64,000 nt of DNA, taken from a virus (lineage: Duplodnaviria; Heunggongvirae; Uroviricota; Caudoviricetes). The position numbers were made by a program, and so were the translations under genes. Below are positions 1-9,435 of the stretch, in pieces. Location: positions 182,482-246,481 of IMG/VR virus record IMGVR_UViG_3300028833_000054; one strand, written 5' to 3'. Numbering within the stretch: the first letter of the stretch is position 1; each line of letters starts with the position of its first letter. Below the pieces are notes generated by a model that saw only the letters and a list, made by a program, of their open reading frames with translations, was not told the origin of the DNA and ran no database searches.

Positions 1-104
1 CTATAAATCCTTACTCAACAGGTAGTCAAATATCTCCTTATAGTTCTGGACAAGGAGGAATGTTCAATCCGTATTCTTCTGGTACACCGATGACATATTC
101 ATCT

Positions 105-956
105 CTAATGAGATAAAAAAGAGGCCTCTTTTTTATTAACAATTTTGCTTAATTCCTCATTTGAAGCATCATATTTTGTAGCAACAGTTTCATAATGCAA
201 ATACGGAACTAAAAAATTACTGTCAAGACCTTGGCGGTAAATTCCGTCTTTTACGCTCCAAGGAGAAACTTCAAGATACTCACCATCTACTACAATTCCA
301 AGAAGTTCACCATCTTTTATTGATTTTGGTTTTCCTGTGATTTGTTTAGGAGGCCAGATTTCTGATCCTCTTGTAAACTTATGTTTTCTCTTTTTTGTTG
401 TTTCAACAATGCTTGTGCTAGCTGTGTCATTAACTGTTTGTTTTTCGCGTGTGCTTCTGCCAGCTCTTTCTGTGCTATTATCGCTGACTGCTTTATTTCT
501 TCTGTTTGTTCCTTTGTCAATATCACTTTTACTACGCTTGACAGGTTTGTCAGGTTTCTCTGCATGCTGTTTACTAGTGCTTGTATTTTTTGTAGAGGTT
601 TTAGAAGATTTTCTTGATTTTTCTGAAGAGTCAGATGTTCCTTTTGATTTTCTTCCTCCATCTTTTTTATCTTCTTTCTTAGCAGTATTTCTCTTGTTTC
701 TAATGCTATTACGTCCGCTAGAAGTATTCCCAGCAGTATCTTTATCCACATTTTTCTTTGCAGGTTTTGTTTCTTTCTTTGGTTTCTTATCCTCCTTTGG
801 AGAGGACTTAGTTTCCTTTGACGGTTTACTTGTCTTCTTCTTTATTTCCTTTTTGGCTGCCTTAGAAGTTTGTTTAGAGGCTTCCTGCTTTTTGATAGCA
901 GGAGCCTCATCATCAAACAATGCAACGCTGGCCAGTATTTCTTTTTTCTTTGCCAT
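105..956 (-). CDS. Lys/Ser-rich basic protein (histone-H1-like disordered N-terminal ~200 aa plus ~80-aa globular C-terminal domain)
   Basis: 283-aa ORF. N-terminal two thirds is K/S/T/E low-complexity (KKEIKKKTSKPSKETK...). C-terminal 80 aa has ordinary composition. Start overlaps the stop of the upstream gene by 1 nt. Confidence 0.5.
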   Translation of the reverse strand: MAKKKEILASVALFDDEAPAIKKQEASKQTSKAAKKEIKKKTSKPSKETKSSPKEDKKPKKETKPAKKNVDKDTAGNTSSGRNSIRNKRNTAKKEDKKDGGRKSKGTSDSSEKSRKSSKTSTKNTSTSKQHAEKPDKPVKRSKSDIDKGTNRRNKAVSDNSTERAGRSTREKQTVNDTASTSIVETTKKRKHKFTRGSEIWPPKQITGKPKSIKDGELLGIVVDGEYLEVSPWSVKDGIYRQGLDSNFLVPYLHYETVATKYDASNEELSKIVNKKEASFLSH

Positions 957-1828
957 TAAAATTCTATAATTTTAAGAAGATGATTCTTATGTTTTCTGTT
1001 GTAGATGTAATAATTGTCTTCATTAAAATGGTTGACATCATAAGAATTATATCTCATCATATCAAGACCGATAAATCTTACTGGCCAAAATCTTGCAATT
1101 TCATCATTCATTCTTGGACTGTTGTAAAGAATGTCATGATAATGACCATATACCCACAAACTAAGAGTATTCCTATTAGCACGGTAAAGAGTATATGCAC
1201 CCTTGCTAAGAGTTTCTCTTTCCTGCTTGATATCATCTTTAAGAGTCATATCTCTTAAATACCAACCCTCAAGATTAGAGTCATTGACAGGAAGACAAAA
1301 ATCTGGAGCAGAATGAGTACAAACACAATTGATTTCTTTATCAGTTGCAAATTCTCCAGGAAGTGGAGTAATCGCTTCACCATACCAATAGCTCTTAGTA
1401 GGAACTCTCATATTTCTGTCAATGCTGATAGCTCCTCCCCAAAGCAAAATCTTATATGGATATTTGTCATTGTCGTGTTCAACAATTGTAAAATCTTCTG
1501 CAATGATTACATTAGGATAATCAGAAGCAAACTCATCATCAATATACTCAAACCAAATTGGGTCATCATGATTACCGCGGAAGAAAATAACAAAGATATT
1601 TCTTGAAGAAAACATTGTTTGCATTCTCTGGAAAAACTCTTTAGTTTTTTCTCTTGAATAAAAACCAAGACCGATATCTCCGCAAACAATAACACAACAA
1701 TTCTTAACCTTGCAAGAATTTACAAGGTCATCTGCAAATGTAAGAAACTCTCCATGAATATCTCCTACACTATAGATAGTTTTAACTAAATCAGTTTTAA
1801 GTTTAATTATTTTGTTTTGATATCTCAT
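956..1828 (-). CDS. Calcineurin-like metallophosphoesterase (PPP/ApaH-like)
   Basis: Motifs VGDIHGE, CGDIGLG and RGNHDD in the canonical order and spacing of the MPP superfamily. Confidence 0.65.
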   Translation of the reverse strand: MRYQNKIIKLKTDLVKTIYSVGDIHGEFLTFADDLVNSCKVKNCCVIVCGDIGLGFYSREKTKEFFQRMQTMFSSRNIFVIFFRGNHDDPIWFEYIDDEFASDYPNVIIAEDFTIVEHDNDKYPYKILLWGGAISIDRNMRVPTKSYWYGEAITPLPGEFATDKEINCVCTHSAPDFCLPVNDSNLEGWYLRDMTLKDDIKQERETLSKGAYTLYRANRNTLSLWVYGHYHDILYNSPRMNDEIARFWPVRFIGLDMMRYNSYDVNHFNEDNYYIYNRKHKNHLLKIIEF

Positions 1829-1829
1829 A

Positions 1830-2723
1830 TCAATTAGATTTGATTTTTACACTTTCTCCCTCTAATAACTTCAAAAGTGCATTATTTGTAATTCCTAAAA
1901 CAAATGAATGATTTTTTGTGTGTATTTTAATATATGAATCTTCTTTCGTTTCTGAAAAATTTTCTCTAAGATCTTTAGCAGCTTCTTCTCTCATCTTACT
2001 GGTTACCAATCCATTATGATAACAGCTGATAAAGAAATTATTATTTCTCATCCAAGGTTTGTTTCCTTGATAAATCATATCACGGTCAATATTCTGTTCA
2101 TTCCTATAAATCTTATTCATAAATTTATAGTCATAATCTCTTGTATTCTCAAATCCGCCTATAGATAATAATGTATTCAAACGAATAACTAATTGGCTTG
2201 GGTCACAACTTGCACACGGATGAATAATTCTATATCCTTTGTTATTTCCTACTCCATCTATAAAGGCAAGACGGTCAGCATATCTAACAAAACGTTGAGA
2301 ACCAAATTCATCTACCATATTCATCCATAAAGGCCTTTCATTTCCAATGCAATATTCTTTAACAGTGTCAATAAAATTTGGATGAATAATATTGTCATCA
2401 TCAAGGACATAAACAAGAGGATTTGAATCTTTATATACTCTATTCTTCAAATCTTGCAGCGGGCCATTCATCAGCTCTCCACCATAATTGTCTTGTCCTT
2501 CCTTTCCTTGATAGTACATTACATATGATATGTCATTTTCTAAACAAACTACTTCTGCTCTTTTAATATTCAACGGAGACATATCTGAATTGTATTGGTC
2601 AAAACACAATACCCATACGGGATGAAGCTCTTTTTCATCTTTGAATCTTGTTGCAATATTTTTAGCAATAGGATACAAATTCTCTGTCCTTACTACTGCA
2701 GTAACTAACAATATGTCTGTCAT
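1830..2723 (-). CDS. Putative GT-A-fold glycosyltransferase (DxD-type)
   Basis: 297-aa ORF with YVLDDDNIIHPNF (hydrophobic beta-strand followed by a DDD metal/sugar-nucleotide-binding-type motif). No other family assignment is possible by eye. Confidence 0.35.
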   Translation of the reverse strand: MTDILLVTAVVRTENLYPIAKNIATRFKDEKELHPVWVLCFDQYNSDMSPLNIKRAEVVCLENDISYVMYYQGKEGQDNYGGELMNGPLQDLKNRVYKDSNPLVYVLDDDNIIHPNFIDTVKEYCIGNERPLWMNMVDEFGSQRFVRYADRLAFIDGVGNNKGYRIIHPCASCDPSQLVIRLNTLLSIGGFENTRDYDYKFMNKIYRNEQNIDRDMIYQGNKPWMRNNNFFISCYHNGLVTSKMREEAAKDLRENFSETKEDSYIKIHTKNHSFVLGITNNALLKLLEGESVKIKSN

Positions 2724-3787
2724 AATTGTACTATTTTGTTTTTATCAGGAATCATTTCTCCAAATACAAGATAAATGTTATTTTCCCATTCTACTGGTTC
2801 CAAAAGGCATTTCCTTTTAATAAGCTGCATATCAATTATTTTGCTATCATAATTTTTCAAACAGTCCTGTATTTTTTCACAAAGAGATGATATACCGTTA
2901 TCAGTGTATTTGTCAAATTTATATGAATTTGGAATAGGATAGTCATCAAATGTACTTGCACATCCTTCATTAGGAAGCAATAGCAAGCAATCTCTTATAG
3001 CAGCTTCTCTTGGACACATCTCCCTACCTTCATATTCATAAAAATCTACATATACTTTAGCCTTATCATATAAAGCTATCATTTCTTCTTTTGTCAAATA
3101 TTTTCCAGATTTGTCTGGGCCTAGGCCAACAAATTCAATATTTGGCAAACTACCTTTTACAAGTTCAATGTACTTTCTATTTACTTCTTTGCAAGCATTA
3201 TAAAGTACAATATCTTCTTTTGTACTATTTCTTTTACTGTAAAATGAAGGATAAAGACCATGTTGAAATTTAATTCTATTTGTTATTCCATAATACAACA
3301 AATCTCTTCCTATCATCTCATTTTCATACAAATGCAAACAACGGTCTTCAATAGATTTAAGCTTCAGCAATTGTCTTCTTCTTGATATTTTTACTGAGGT
3401 ATCATTATAATCAAATCCAGATGAAAGCCACCATATAATCAATTGCAAATGTTTAAAATTACAAAAGAAATCTAAATTTTTTGGATTCTCTATCATAATC
3501 TCAGGGATAAGAAGCACGGTGTTTTCATCATCTGTTACTTCTTTCCATGTACCGTAATTTATGTCATATAGATTTTTATAATAATCATTTTGTTCAAAAA
3601 TACCGTCAAATCTATAATTGAACATTTTTGCATTTACTCCAAGAGATTTAAGATGAGCAGCCAATTTTTGCAACACTTCAGCTCCTCCTGATTTAACTTC
3701 AGGAGTATTTCCCCAAATCATCAATTTAGAATCTTTTGTAATTTTAATCATTTTTGTATGGACCGAATCTTTTTTCATAAATCTCAA
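2720..3787 (-). CDS. Putative GT-B-fold (GT4-like) glycosyltransferase
   Basis: 355-aa ORF. The C-terminal region EGREMCPREAAIRDCLLLLPNEGCAST resembles the E-x7-E / EG...EA...G nucleotide-sugar-binding motif of retaining GT-B enzymes. The real start may be an internal Met (3751 or 3721), which would remove the 43-nt overlap with the pol fragment. Confidence 0.35.
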   Translation of the reverse strand: MRFMKKDSVHTKMIKITKDSKLMIWGNTPEVKSGGAEVLQKLAAHLKSLGVNAKMFNYRFDGIFEQNDYYKNLYDINYGTWKEVTDDENTVLLIPEIMIENPKNLDFFCNFKHLQLIIWWLSSGFDYNDTSVKISRRRQLLKLKSIEDRCLHLYENEMIGRDLLYYGITNRIKFQHGLYPSFYSKRNSTKEDIVLYNACKEVNRKYIELVKGSLPNIEFVGLGPDKSGKYLTKEEMIALYDKAKVYVDFYEYEGREMCPREAAIRDCLLLLPNEGCASTFDDYPIPNSYKFDKYTDNGISSLCEKIQDCLKNYDSKIIDMQLIKRKCLLEPVEWENNIYLVFGEMIPDKNKIVQL

Positions 3788-5228
3788 TCAGATGATATTT
3801 TTCATCAATTGCTGTCATCATCTCTTTCTTATATGCTTTTCTTTGCATATAGAAATCAGTACAAATCTTTGGAATAAATCCTGGTAGATTACGTTTGTAG
3901 ACAGCACCAGATGTACACATAATTTCATCTGCTTGTCTTCTATGATTTTTGTTTTTCTCTATGAATGTTTCAGGAGAAATATTAAACTGTCTGATTGTTG
4001 TAGGATAAAGTGAAGCAAAGTCAAGTGCAATAACATTCTTATAAATTCCTGCAATTGGTTGATACACAAATGCTCCTTCATATCCTTCATCATTTCCGTC
4101 TGCTTTTTTCTTTCCCTGGTTTGGCATTACTCTGCCTTCTTTGTAAAGATATTCAGACTGAACGATTTCAAGACTTCTCACTGGACTGAATGCAGTCAAT
4201 GCATCAACATGCATAAGATTTGCAAGACCTAAGAATGCAGAACTTGTTTTAATCTTGTTGTCAATTTCACGAACAAGAATACTATCAATTGCATTATAAA
4301 AAACATATTCTGCAGGCTTTTGCCTCCACAGTTCTTTGAATCCCAATTGATGTTCTACCTTCTTTGCACCAACTACTGTATGTGATACCCAGTCAAGTTT
4401 GTTTGATTCTTTGACTTCAACAGACCTATCCCATTTGATATAAATCTCCATATAGTCATACAACAACTTATGCTTTGGAAGACTAATCTTCACTCCTGCC
4501 TCTGCCTGCTGTGGAGTATAATTATACCAAGTTCCAGTCGGTGACAAATATGAAATATCAATACCTAAATTGCTTGCACGATTGAACAAATATGGATAGT
4601 CATATCCAAAGAAATTCCAACCTGTTGCACATGGAGCTGGGTAAAGAAAACTCCTGAAAAATGTTTGCAACAATTCAACTTCAGTATCAAATGACAAATA
4701 TGTAAACTTGTAATTGGTTTTGAATCCCTTACAATGTTCATCAATCTGTTCTTGAATCCATTTTATTTCTGTTTCACTAAGCTTTACTCTTCCAAGAACA
4801 TATGCTTGGTCATCTACAACCCATGAAATTGTATTTACAGGATTTTTTGCCAAACTAGCTTCAGGAAATCCATCATCATCTACATCAACCTCAATATCAC
4901 AGAATGAAGTTTTTGGCATGTACAACTTATTGATTTCTGCAATTTCAGGGTTTGCTGCAATCAAATCTAAAAGAATTTCATGAATTCTTTGTTCAGTTAA
5001 AAATCCATTTACTGGGTCTTTTACAACAGCTTTATAATCCCAAGACTTAAATGAACCATCTGGAACTTCTCCTCGTTTACAATATTTCCATTGATACAGT
5101 TGTGTCTGTGGAATAATATAAGTTAAATATGATATTCCACCTTCTTTATTGATATAAGACAGCACAAGCTGACGAGCTGGCTGTCCTTGTTCATTCAATA
5201 CATCTCGTATTTCTGTAGTAACTATCAT
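3744..5228 (-). CDS. Family-B DNA polymerase, N-terminal fragment (3'-5' exonuclease domain plus palm motif A), T4 gp43-like; C-terminal half missing from the window
   Basis: Exo I FCDIEVD, Exo II GWNFFGYDYPYL, Exo III YNAIDSILV, motif A IALDFASLYPTTIRQFNISPETF (compare T4 gp43 DLTSLYPSIIRQVNISPETI), then GFIPKICTDFYMQRKAYKKEMM (compare T4 GIIPKEIAKVFFQRKDWKKKMF). The ORF stops about 30 aa later, before motif B (KxxxNSxYG) and motif C (YGDTDS). Confidence 0.8.
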   Translation of the reverse strand: MIVTTEIRDVLNEQGQPARQLVLSYINKEGGISYLTYIIPQTQLYQWKYCKRGEVPDGSFKSWDYKAVVKDPVNGFLTEQRIHEILLDLIAANPEIAEINKLYMPKTSFCDIEVDVDDDGFPEASLAKNPVNTISWVVDDQAYVLGRVKLSETEIKWIQEQIDEHCKGFKTNYKFTYLSFDTEVELLQTFFRSFLYPAPCATGWNFFGYDYPYLFNRASNLGIDISYLSPTGTWYNYTPQQAEAGVKISLPKHKLLYDYMEIYIKWDRSVEVKESNKLDWVSHTVVGAKKVEHQLGFKELWRQKPAEYVFYNAIDSILVREIDNKIKTSSAFLGLANLMHVDALTAFSPVRSLEIVQSEYLYKEGRVMPNQGKKKADGNDEGYEGAFVYQPIAGIYKNVIALDFASLYPTTIRQFNISPETFIEKNKNHRRQADEIMCTSGAVYKRNLPGFIPKICTDFYMQRKAYKKEMMTAIDEKYHLIEIYEKRFGPYKND

Positions 5229-5242
5229 ATAAATTATATCTT

Positions 5243-5785
5243 TTACTGGCTTACATTACTACCGAATCCTTTTTCTCCTCTTTTACTTTCTGAATGATAC
5301 TCTTCAAATTCTTTGGCACTAATCAAATTAGGCTTGCTCAAAATAATTGGTGAATGAATAAACTGAACAAGCTTCTGTCCTGTTCTGATAATAGTTGCTT
5401 CATCTGTAAAGTTTGCAATACCAAGATGAACTTCACCAGAGTAATCAGAATCAACAATCTCCGCAGTATAAACAAGACCTTGCTTTGTTGAAACACCAGA
5501 CTTATTTGCAGCCATCAACATTGTTCCAGGAGCAATTGCAGTCTTAATTCCTGAAGGAATAAGAATCCTTGACCCAGGAAGAAGAGTAATCTCAAGAACA
5601 GTCTTATCTTCAATTTTGGTGATATTATATCTTACATGAGCGTTTGGATTTTTAGATATTAAATCATGCAAGAAATCTCTCCCATATTCAGGTACATAAA
5701 AATCAACACCAGCTGCTTCAGCAGTTCCTCTTGTCAAATCATGTACATTTCTAACTTTAATGTAATTAAATTCATCTAATTTCAT
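5243..5785 (-). CDS. dut: dUTPase / dCTPase-family (trimeric dUTPase fold) nucleotidohydrolase
   Basis: All five dUTPase motifs are present: AAGVD, KSGVSTKQG, IVDSDYSGE, GQKLVQ and RGEKGFGSN. In T4-like phages the homolog (gp56) is a dCTPase/dUTPase. Confidence 0.75.
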   Translation of the reverse strand: MKLDEFNYIKVRNVHDLTRGTAEAAGVDFYVPEYGRDFLHDLISKNPNAHVRYNITKIEDKTVLEITLLPGSRILIPSGIKTAIAPGTMLMAANKSGVSTKQGLVYTAEIVDSDYSGEVHLGIANFTDEATIIRTGQKLVQFIHSPIILSKPNLISAKEFEEYHSESKRGEKGFGSNVSQ

Positions 5786-5809
5786 AAATTCAATATTTCT
5801 TTAGTTTCT

Positions 5810-5817
5810 TATAAATA
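5810..5817 (+). promoter_or_regulatory. TATAAATA box (T4 late-promoter-like) upstream of the plus-strand gene at 5849
   Basis: Exact TATAAATA 32 nt upstream of the ATG. Similar (A/T)ATAAATA(T) elements precede other plus-strand genes (16114-16124, 23733-23741). Confidence 0.3.
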
Positions 5818-5848
5818 TTCTATAACAAATTGGATTGAAAGTTTAAGT

Positions 5849-6841
5849 ATGGCATTATTAAATACTGAATATTCTGAAGTAATGAATTTTATTGCTATTC
5901 GCAGGTATCTTGACCTTTCAAAGGGCATCATAAATACTTGTAACGGTTATATCAATAAAACTTTAATTACTTATGGTCAAGGTGACACAAAAGATGCAGA
6001 ACATTCAAATGAAGATATTTTGAAATCAAAAATAGGTGATTTTGTCGAAAAGATAAAAAGATACACAAACATTGTAACAACTCTTACTAAACACATAGGA
6101 GAGTTGACTGAATTGATGAAATATTGTGTAGACCATATAAAGTATTATAGTGCTAAATATCTTATAAAAGAAATTCAATTATTGGGTTTAAGAATAAAAG
6201 CAATTGTAGTCAATATTAAAATAAAGATTGCACAAGCTTTAAGACAAGTTCTTGTAAATATTCTTCACGGAAAAGCAGCAGCTATCACAAATGCACTTGT
6301 AGCTGCAATCATATTAAAAGTACAAGTTATAGGACAATTAATTGGTGTAGCATTGGCAGCTATTGATAGTTTATTAAATATGCTTCCTCCTATGATAACT
6401 GTAAAACCTCATACTATGGCATTCTTCCCAACTCCTAAGAGTATGTCAAAGGTTGACCTTGTTCCAATCAATACAAATAGAAGTATCTGTGAAAGACTTC
6501 CTGAACCTGTGAATGTAGCTATAAGAGAAGCAGTAAAGATTACTGACAAATTGAATGTACCTATAAAACTAGCAATTGTAGCTGCTTGTGCTGCAAGTGG
6601 AATTGCTCAGGCTTCAAGCAAGAGTCATGAATTTAATATTATCGGTTGTAAACGTATAAACTTAATAGACCCAAAGAAGATAATAAAAGCTATAGAATTT
6701 ATTGTTGCATTAATTCCTATACCGCAAGCACTACCAAAGTATGAAAAAATTTCAATAATCAATCTTGGTTATCTTGCTTGGTTATTAACTACATTTGAAT
6801 TTGGCGGAAAGCGGTCATTTGGAATGATGGGCATGCCATAA
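5849..6841 (+). CDS. Hypothetical protein (Ile/Ala/Lys-rich, partly hydrophobic)
   Basis: 330-aa plus-strand ORF, flanked by a TATAAATA box (5810-5817) and a downstream hairpin terminator. No recognisable motifs. Confidence 0.4.
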   Translation: MALLNTEYSEVMNFIAIRRYLDLSKGIINTCNGYINKTLITYGQGDTKDAEHSNEDILKSKIGDFVEKIKRYTNIVTTLTKHIGELTELMKYCVDHIKYYSAKYLIKEIQLLGLRIKAIVVNIKIKIAQALRQVLVNILHGKAAAITNALVAAIILKVQVIGQLIGVALAAIDSLLNMLPPMITVKPHTMAFFPTPKSMSKVDLVPINTNRSICERLPEPVNVAIREAVKITDKLNVPIKLAIVAACAASGIAQASSKSHEFNIIGCKRINLIDPKKIIKAIEFIVALIPIPQALPKYEKISIINLGYLAWLLTTFEFGGKRSFGMMGMP

Positions 6842-6846
6842 ACAAA

Positions 6847-6876
6847 AGAGGAAATCATTTTGATTTCCTCTCTTTG
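6847..6876 (+). terminator. Rho-independent terminator-like hairpin
   Basis: agaggaaatc / gatttcctct 10-bp stem with a 5-nt loop, followed by a T-rich tract, immediately after the stop of the 5849-6841 gene. Confidence 0.5.
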
Positions 6877-7000
6877 TATTCTTTACAAACATGTTTCGGA
6901 GCTGGTAAAAATCCATCTGCAGTCAATTCAGTCTCTGTATATACTTTAGGCTTTAGATGTTTTCTTTTTCTATTAGAAATCCATTTTCTAATGAAATACA

Positions 7001-7432
7001 TTAATGTTTTTCTTTTGGGATTGGAATTGGTCTGCATTCTATAATCTTAGTTTTTTTGAATGTAGGGAAAAATATTATTTCATCAAAAAATGAATAATAT
7101 GCTTTAAGCTTAGGAGTGTCATAATCATCAAGCAAAGTTATTTCTTCAACTTGTGACTTTGTAATATCAGTCAAAGATTTCTTTATACCCATTATTACAT
7201 CACAATTAAGCTTGCTGTTGATATAAATAACTCCTGTATATCTTTTTGACTTAGCACCAGCAGCAATGAGTCTTTCAATTTCAGTATTGACAATGAACCT
7301 ATGGGTAGGTTTTGTAATATCCAACCCAGAATCTGCTATAAGTGTATCAATATCAATAATGTAAAAAGTATTGAGATTTGTAAATACATTCTTAAGTTTT
7401 CTATACGGTTCTATTGTAATATAAAACTTCAT
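7001..7432 (-). CDS. Hypothetical protein
   Basis: 143-aa ORF in the minus-strand gene string. Confidence 0.4.
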   Translation of the reverse strand: MKFYITIEPYRKLKNVFTNLNTFYIIDIDTLIADSGLDITKPTHRFIVNTEIERLIAAGAKSKRYTGVIYINSKLNCDVIMGIKKSLTDITKSQVEEITLLDDYDTPKLKAYYSFFDEIIFFPTFKKTKIIECRPIPIPKEKH

Positions 7433-7484
7433 TAAAAGAGACTTATTTTTCTTCTACTGTGTATTTATTCATTAAAATACAACA

Positions 7485-8264
7485 TTACTCTTCTTCGTAA
7501 GACATTCTAAGAGCGTCAGAAATGCTCTTAACTATTTCATTTACATCCATTTGTTCAACCAAACAGTCAACAAATTTCTCACCACCATTATCAAATTCAG
7601 CCTTTGCAATATTGTAAATTGATTTGCTAGGAAGATTGATTGTCAATGACAATGATACCTCAGTTGGATGCTTCTTGCAGGTCTTAGCCAAAATCTTTAC
7701 AGGGTCTGACTCTGCAACACCTGAGATTGATACAGGTTTGTTAACTACTGTAGGAGCAACAACAGTTGGCTCTATATAAGCAGGTTCTGGACGTCTTGTT
7801 GGAATTCTTGTAGGAGTTATATCTTCAACATAGTCTCCATTGTATTCATCATAAGATGGAAGAGGAAGCATATTACCTCTATATTTAGGAGGAGTATATC
7901 TTTTTTCTCCAATCTTTGACCTATCAATATTCAAACTATTTCCATTACCAGATGCACCTGTAATATCTTCAAGAGGTGGAACATCAACAGTCTGCTCACC
8001 TGCTGCTGGGTCCATATATGTATATTTTCCCATTTTGATAGTTTCAAATTTCCAAGTGTCAGAAGGATTTACAATTTCAACCATTACTTTTCCTTTAAGG
8101 TCTGCTGCATTTCTTGTCATTTGTGAAATAAATCTCTGATTACAAGCTTCTCCGCTTTTGAAATTGAAGAAATATTCTCCATCTGTACAAGTAATATTGT
8201 CAAGCGTTTCTACCTGACCTGCATTTTCACCATCTAACCACTGGAAATATCTTCTCTGTCTCAT
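7485..8264 (-). CDS. Hypothetical protein
   Basis: 259-aa ORF. Pro/Thr-rich linker in the middle. Confidence 0.45.
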   Translation of the reverse strand: MRQRRYFQWLDGENAGQVETLDNITCTDGEYFFNFKSGEACNQRFISQMTRNAADLKGKVMVEIVNPSDTWKFETIKMGKYTYMDPAAGEQTVDVPPLEDITGASGNGNSLNIDRSKIGEKRYTPPKYRGNMLPLPSYDEYNGDYVEDITPTRIPTRRPEPAYIEPTVVAPTVVNKPVSISGVAESDPVKILAKTCKKHPTEVSLSLTINLPSKSIYNIAKAEFDNGGEKFVDCLVEQMDVNEIVKSISDALRMSYEEE

Positions 8265-8297
8265 TATTCTTTAATATTAATTTTATTTACTTTTATA

Positions 8298-8660
8298 TTA
8301 GTTATTTGTACTTTTTGGCAAGATGAATCTTCCGTATTGCTGTTGGTATTCTTTGACCCAGGGGGTTTGCTCCCATCCTGGGGTTTCAAACCAGGAGAGG
8401 TAGTCTTCTCTGAAGTTTTCAAGAGCTTCTGTAAAATGCGCTTTATAATTTGCATGAGATATTACATTCAGTCTTCTTTCATAAATTGTAAAAGTGTGTC
8501 GTGTACCTTGTACTCTCCACACAACAGATAGCATTGGATCATATTTACTTACTTGTGCTTCAGAATATTCAATCGTAATTGGTCCTCTCCATCCCTTTGG
8601 ATTTATTTCTACTGTTTTAATTTCTGATATACAATTAGAAAAATCAAAATTGTTTGGCAT
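8298..8660 (-). CDS. Hypothetical protein
   Basis: 120-aa ORF. Confidence 0.4.
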   Translation of the reverse strand: MPNNFDFSNCISEIKTVEINPKGWRGPITIEYSEAQVSKYDPMLSVVWRVQGTRHTFTIYERRLNVISHANYKAHFTEALENFREDYLSWFETPGWEQTPWVKEYQQQYGRFILPKSTNN

Positions 8661-8662
8661 AA

Positions 8663-9088
8663 TTAAGCATCTACCTCCTCTTCTTCAGGATTACCTTGTG
8701 TGTAATTTGCACTTGCATCTGCATAAAACATTTTTCTGCGAACAATCTTTTCATCTCTTTCCTCTTTAGCTTCAATTGCTTCTTCTACCATCTTGATAAC
8801 ATCAGCATTTGACCGTCTATTTGCAAGAGCTCCAGAAATCTTTCTTGTTCCAAGCAAAGCAGAACCAATACCAAGGATAACGATTACTTTATCAACAAAC
8901 TCTAATATATTTCCTGCCTCGTCCTGATTTACAAGATAAAATACAAACAATCCAAGAAAAACAAGAATAGCAGTAAATGTTAAAATAACTCCGCAAAATC
9001 CAGTAGCTGAAGTTTCACCTGTCATTCCAGATGTAACCATTTCTTTGAATGACACTGTAATTTTGCCTGTTTCTTTATTTCTGCACAT
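8663..9088 (-). CDS. Small membrane protein (two predicted TM helices)
   Basis: 141-aa ORF with hydrophobic stretches GFCGVILTFTAILVFLGLFVFYLV and VIVILGIGSALLG. Confidence 0.45.
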   Translation of the reverse strand: MCRNKETGKITVSFKEMVTSGMTGETSATGFCGVILTFTAILVFLGLFVFYLVNQDEAGNILEFVDKVIVILGIGSALLGTRKISGALANRRSNADVIKMVEEAIEAKEERDEKIVRRKMFYADASANYTQGNPEEEEVDA

Positions 9089-9120
9089 TTCTCACCTACA
9101 TTTATTTAATATTATATATG

Positions 9121-9150
9121 AGAAAAAGAGTTAAGATTTCTCTTAACTCT
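9121..9150 (-). terminator. Rho-independent terminator-like hairpin
   Basis: agagttaaga/tcttaactct 10-bp stem with a 4-nt loop. The A-run on the plus side gives a U-run after the hairpin on the minus-strand transcript, just downstream of the 9190 stop. Confidence 0.5.
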
Positions 9151-9189
9151 CCCTAAAAATATGTTCAACAAAAATGATAAGTAAAGGAA

Positions 9190-9432
9190 TTAATCCTTTT
9201 TAGCGTCTAAAATATCATCGAGCTTCTCTGCTTTGACTGATACGATACTCCACTCATCCATGCAATGCTCGAACTCTTTCTCAACTCTGTCTGCAGCTTC
9301 CTGAGGAGAACCACAATTAGTAACCAAATATGTTTCTCTTGATTTCTTGATTTTAGGTTCACCCTGCTTGTTGACGATACCGGTATCTTCTTCAATAGAT
9401 ACTGTAACTTTGTAATACTCTGTAACTTTCAT
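9190..9432 (-). CDS. Hypothetical protein
   Basis: 80-aa ORF. Confidence 0.4.
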   Translation of the reverse strand: MKVTEYYKVTVSIEEDTGIVNKQGEPKIKKSRETYLVTNCGSPQEAADRVEKEFEHCMDEWSIVSVKAEKLDDILDAKKD

Positions 9433-9435
9433 TGT

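Noticed and set aside
104-130. AGAGGCCTCT palindrome as terminator for the Lys-rich gene
   Set aside because: It lies inside the coding region (the stop is at 105-107). As a hairpin it would have a loop of only 2-3 nt. It is more likely a fortuitous palindrome or restriction-type site.
317-969. ORFs 317-751 (minus) and 337-969 / 381-617 (plus) overlapping the Lys-rich gene
   Set aside because: These are artefacts of low-complexity AAG/AAA-rich sequence. The 105-956 frame has the coupled start and a distinct C-terminal domain.
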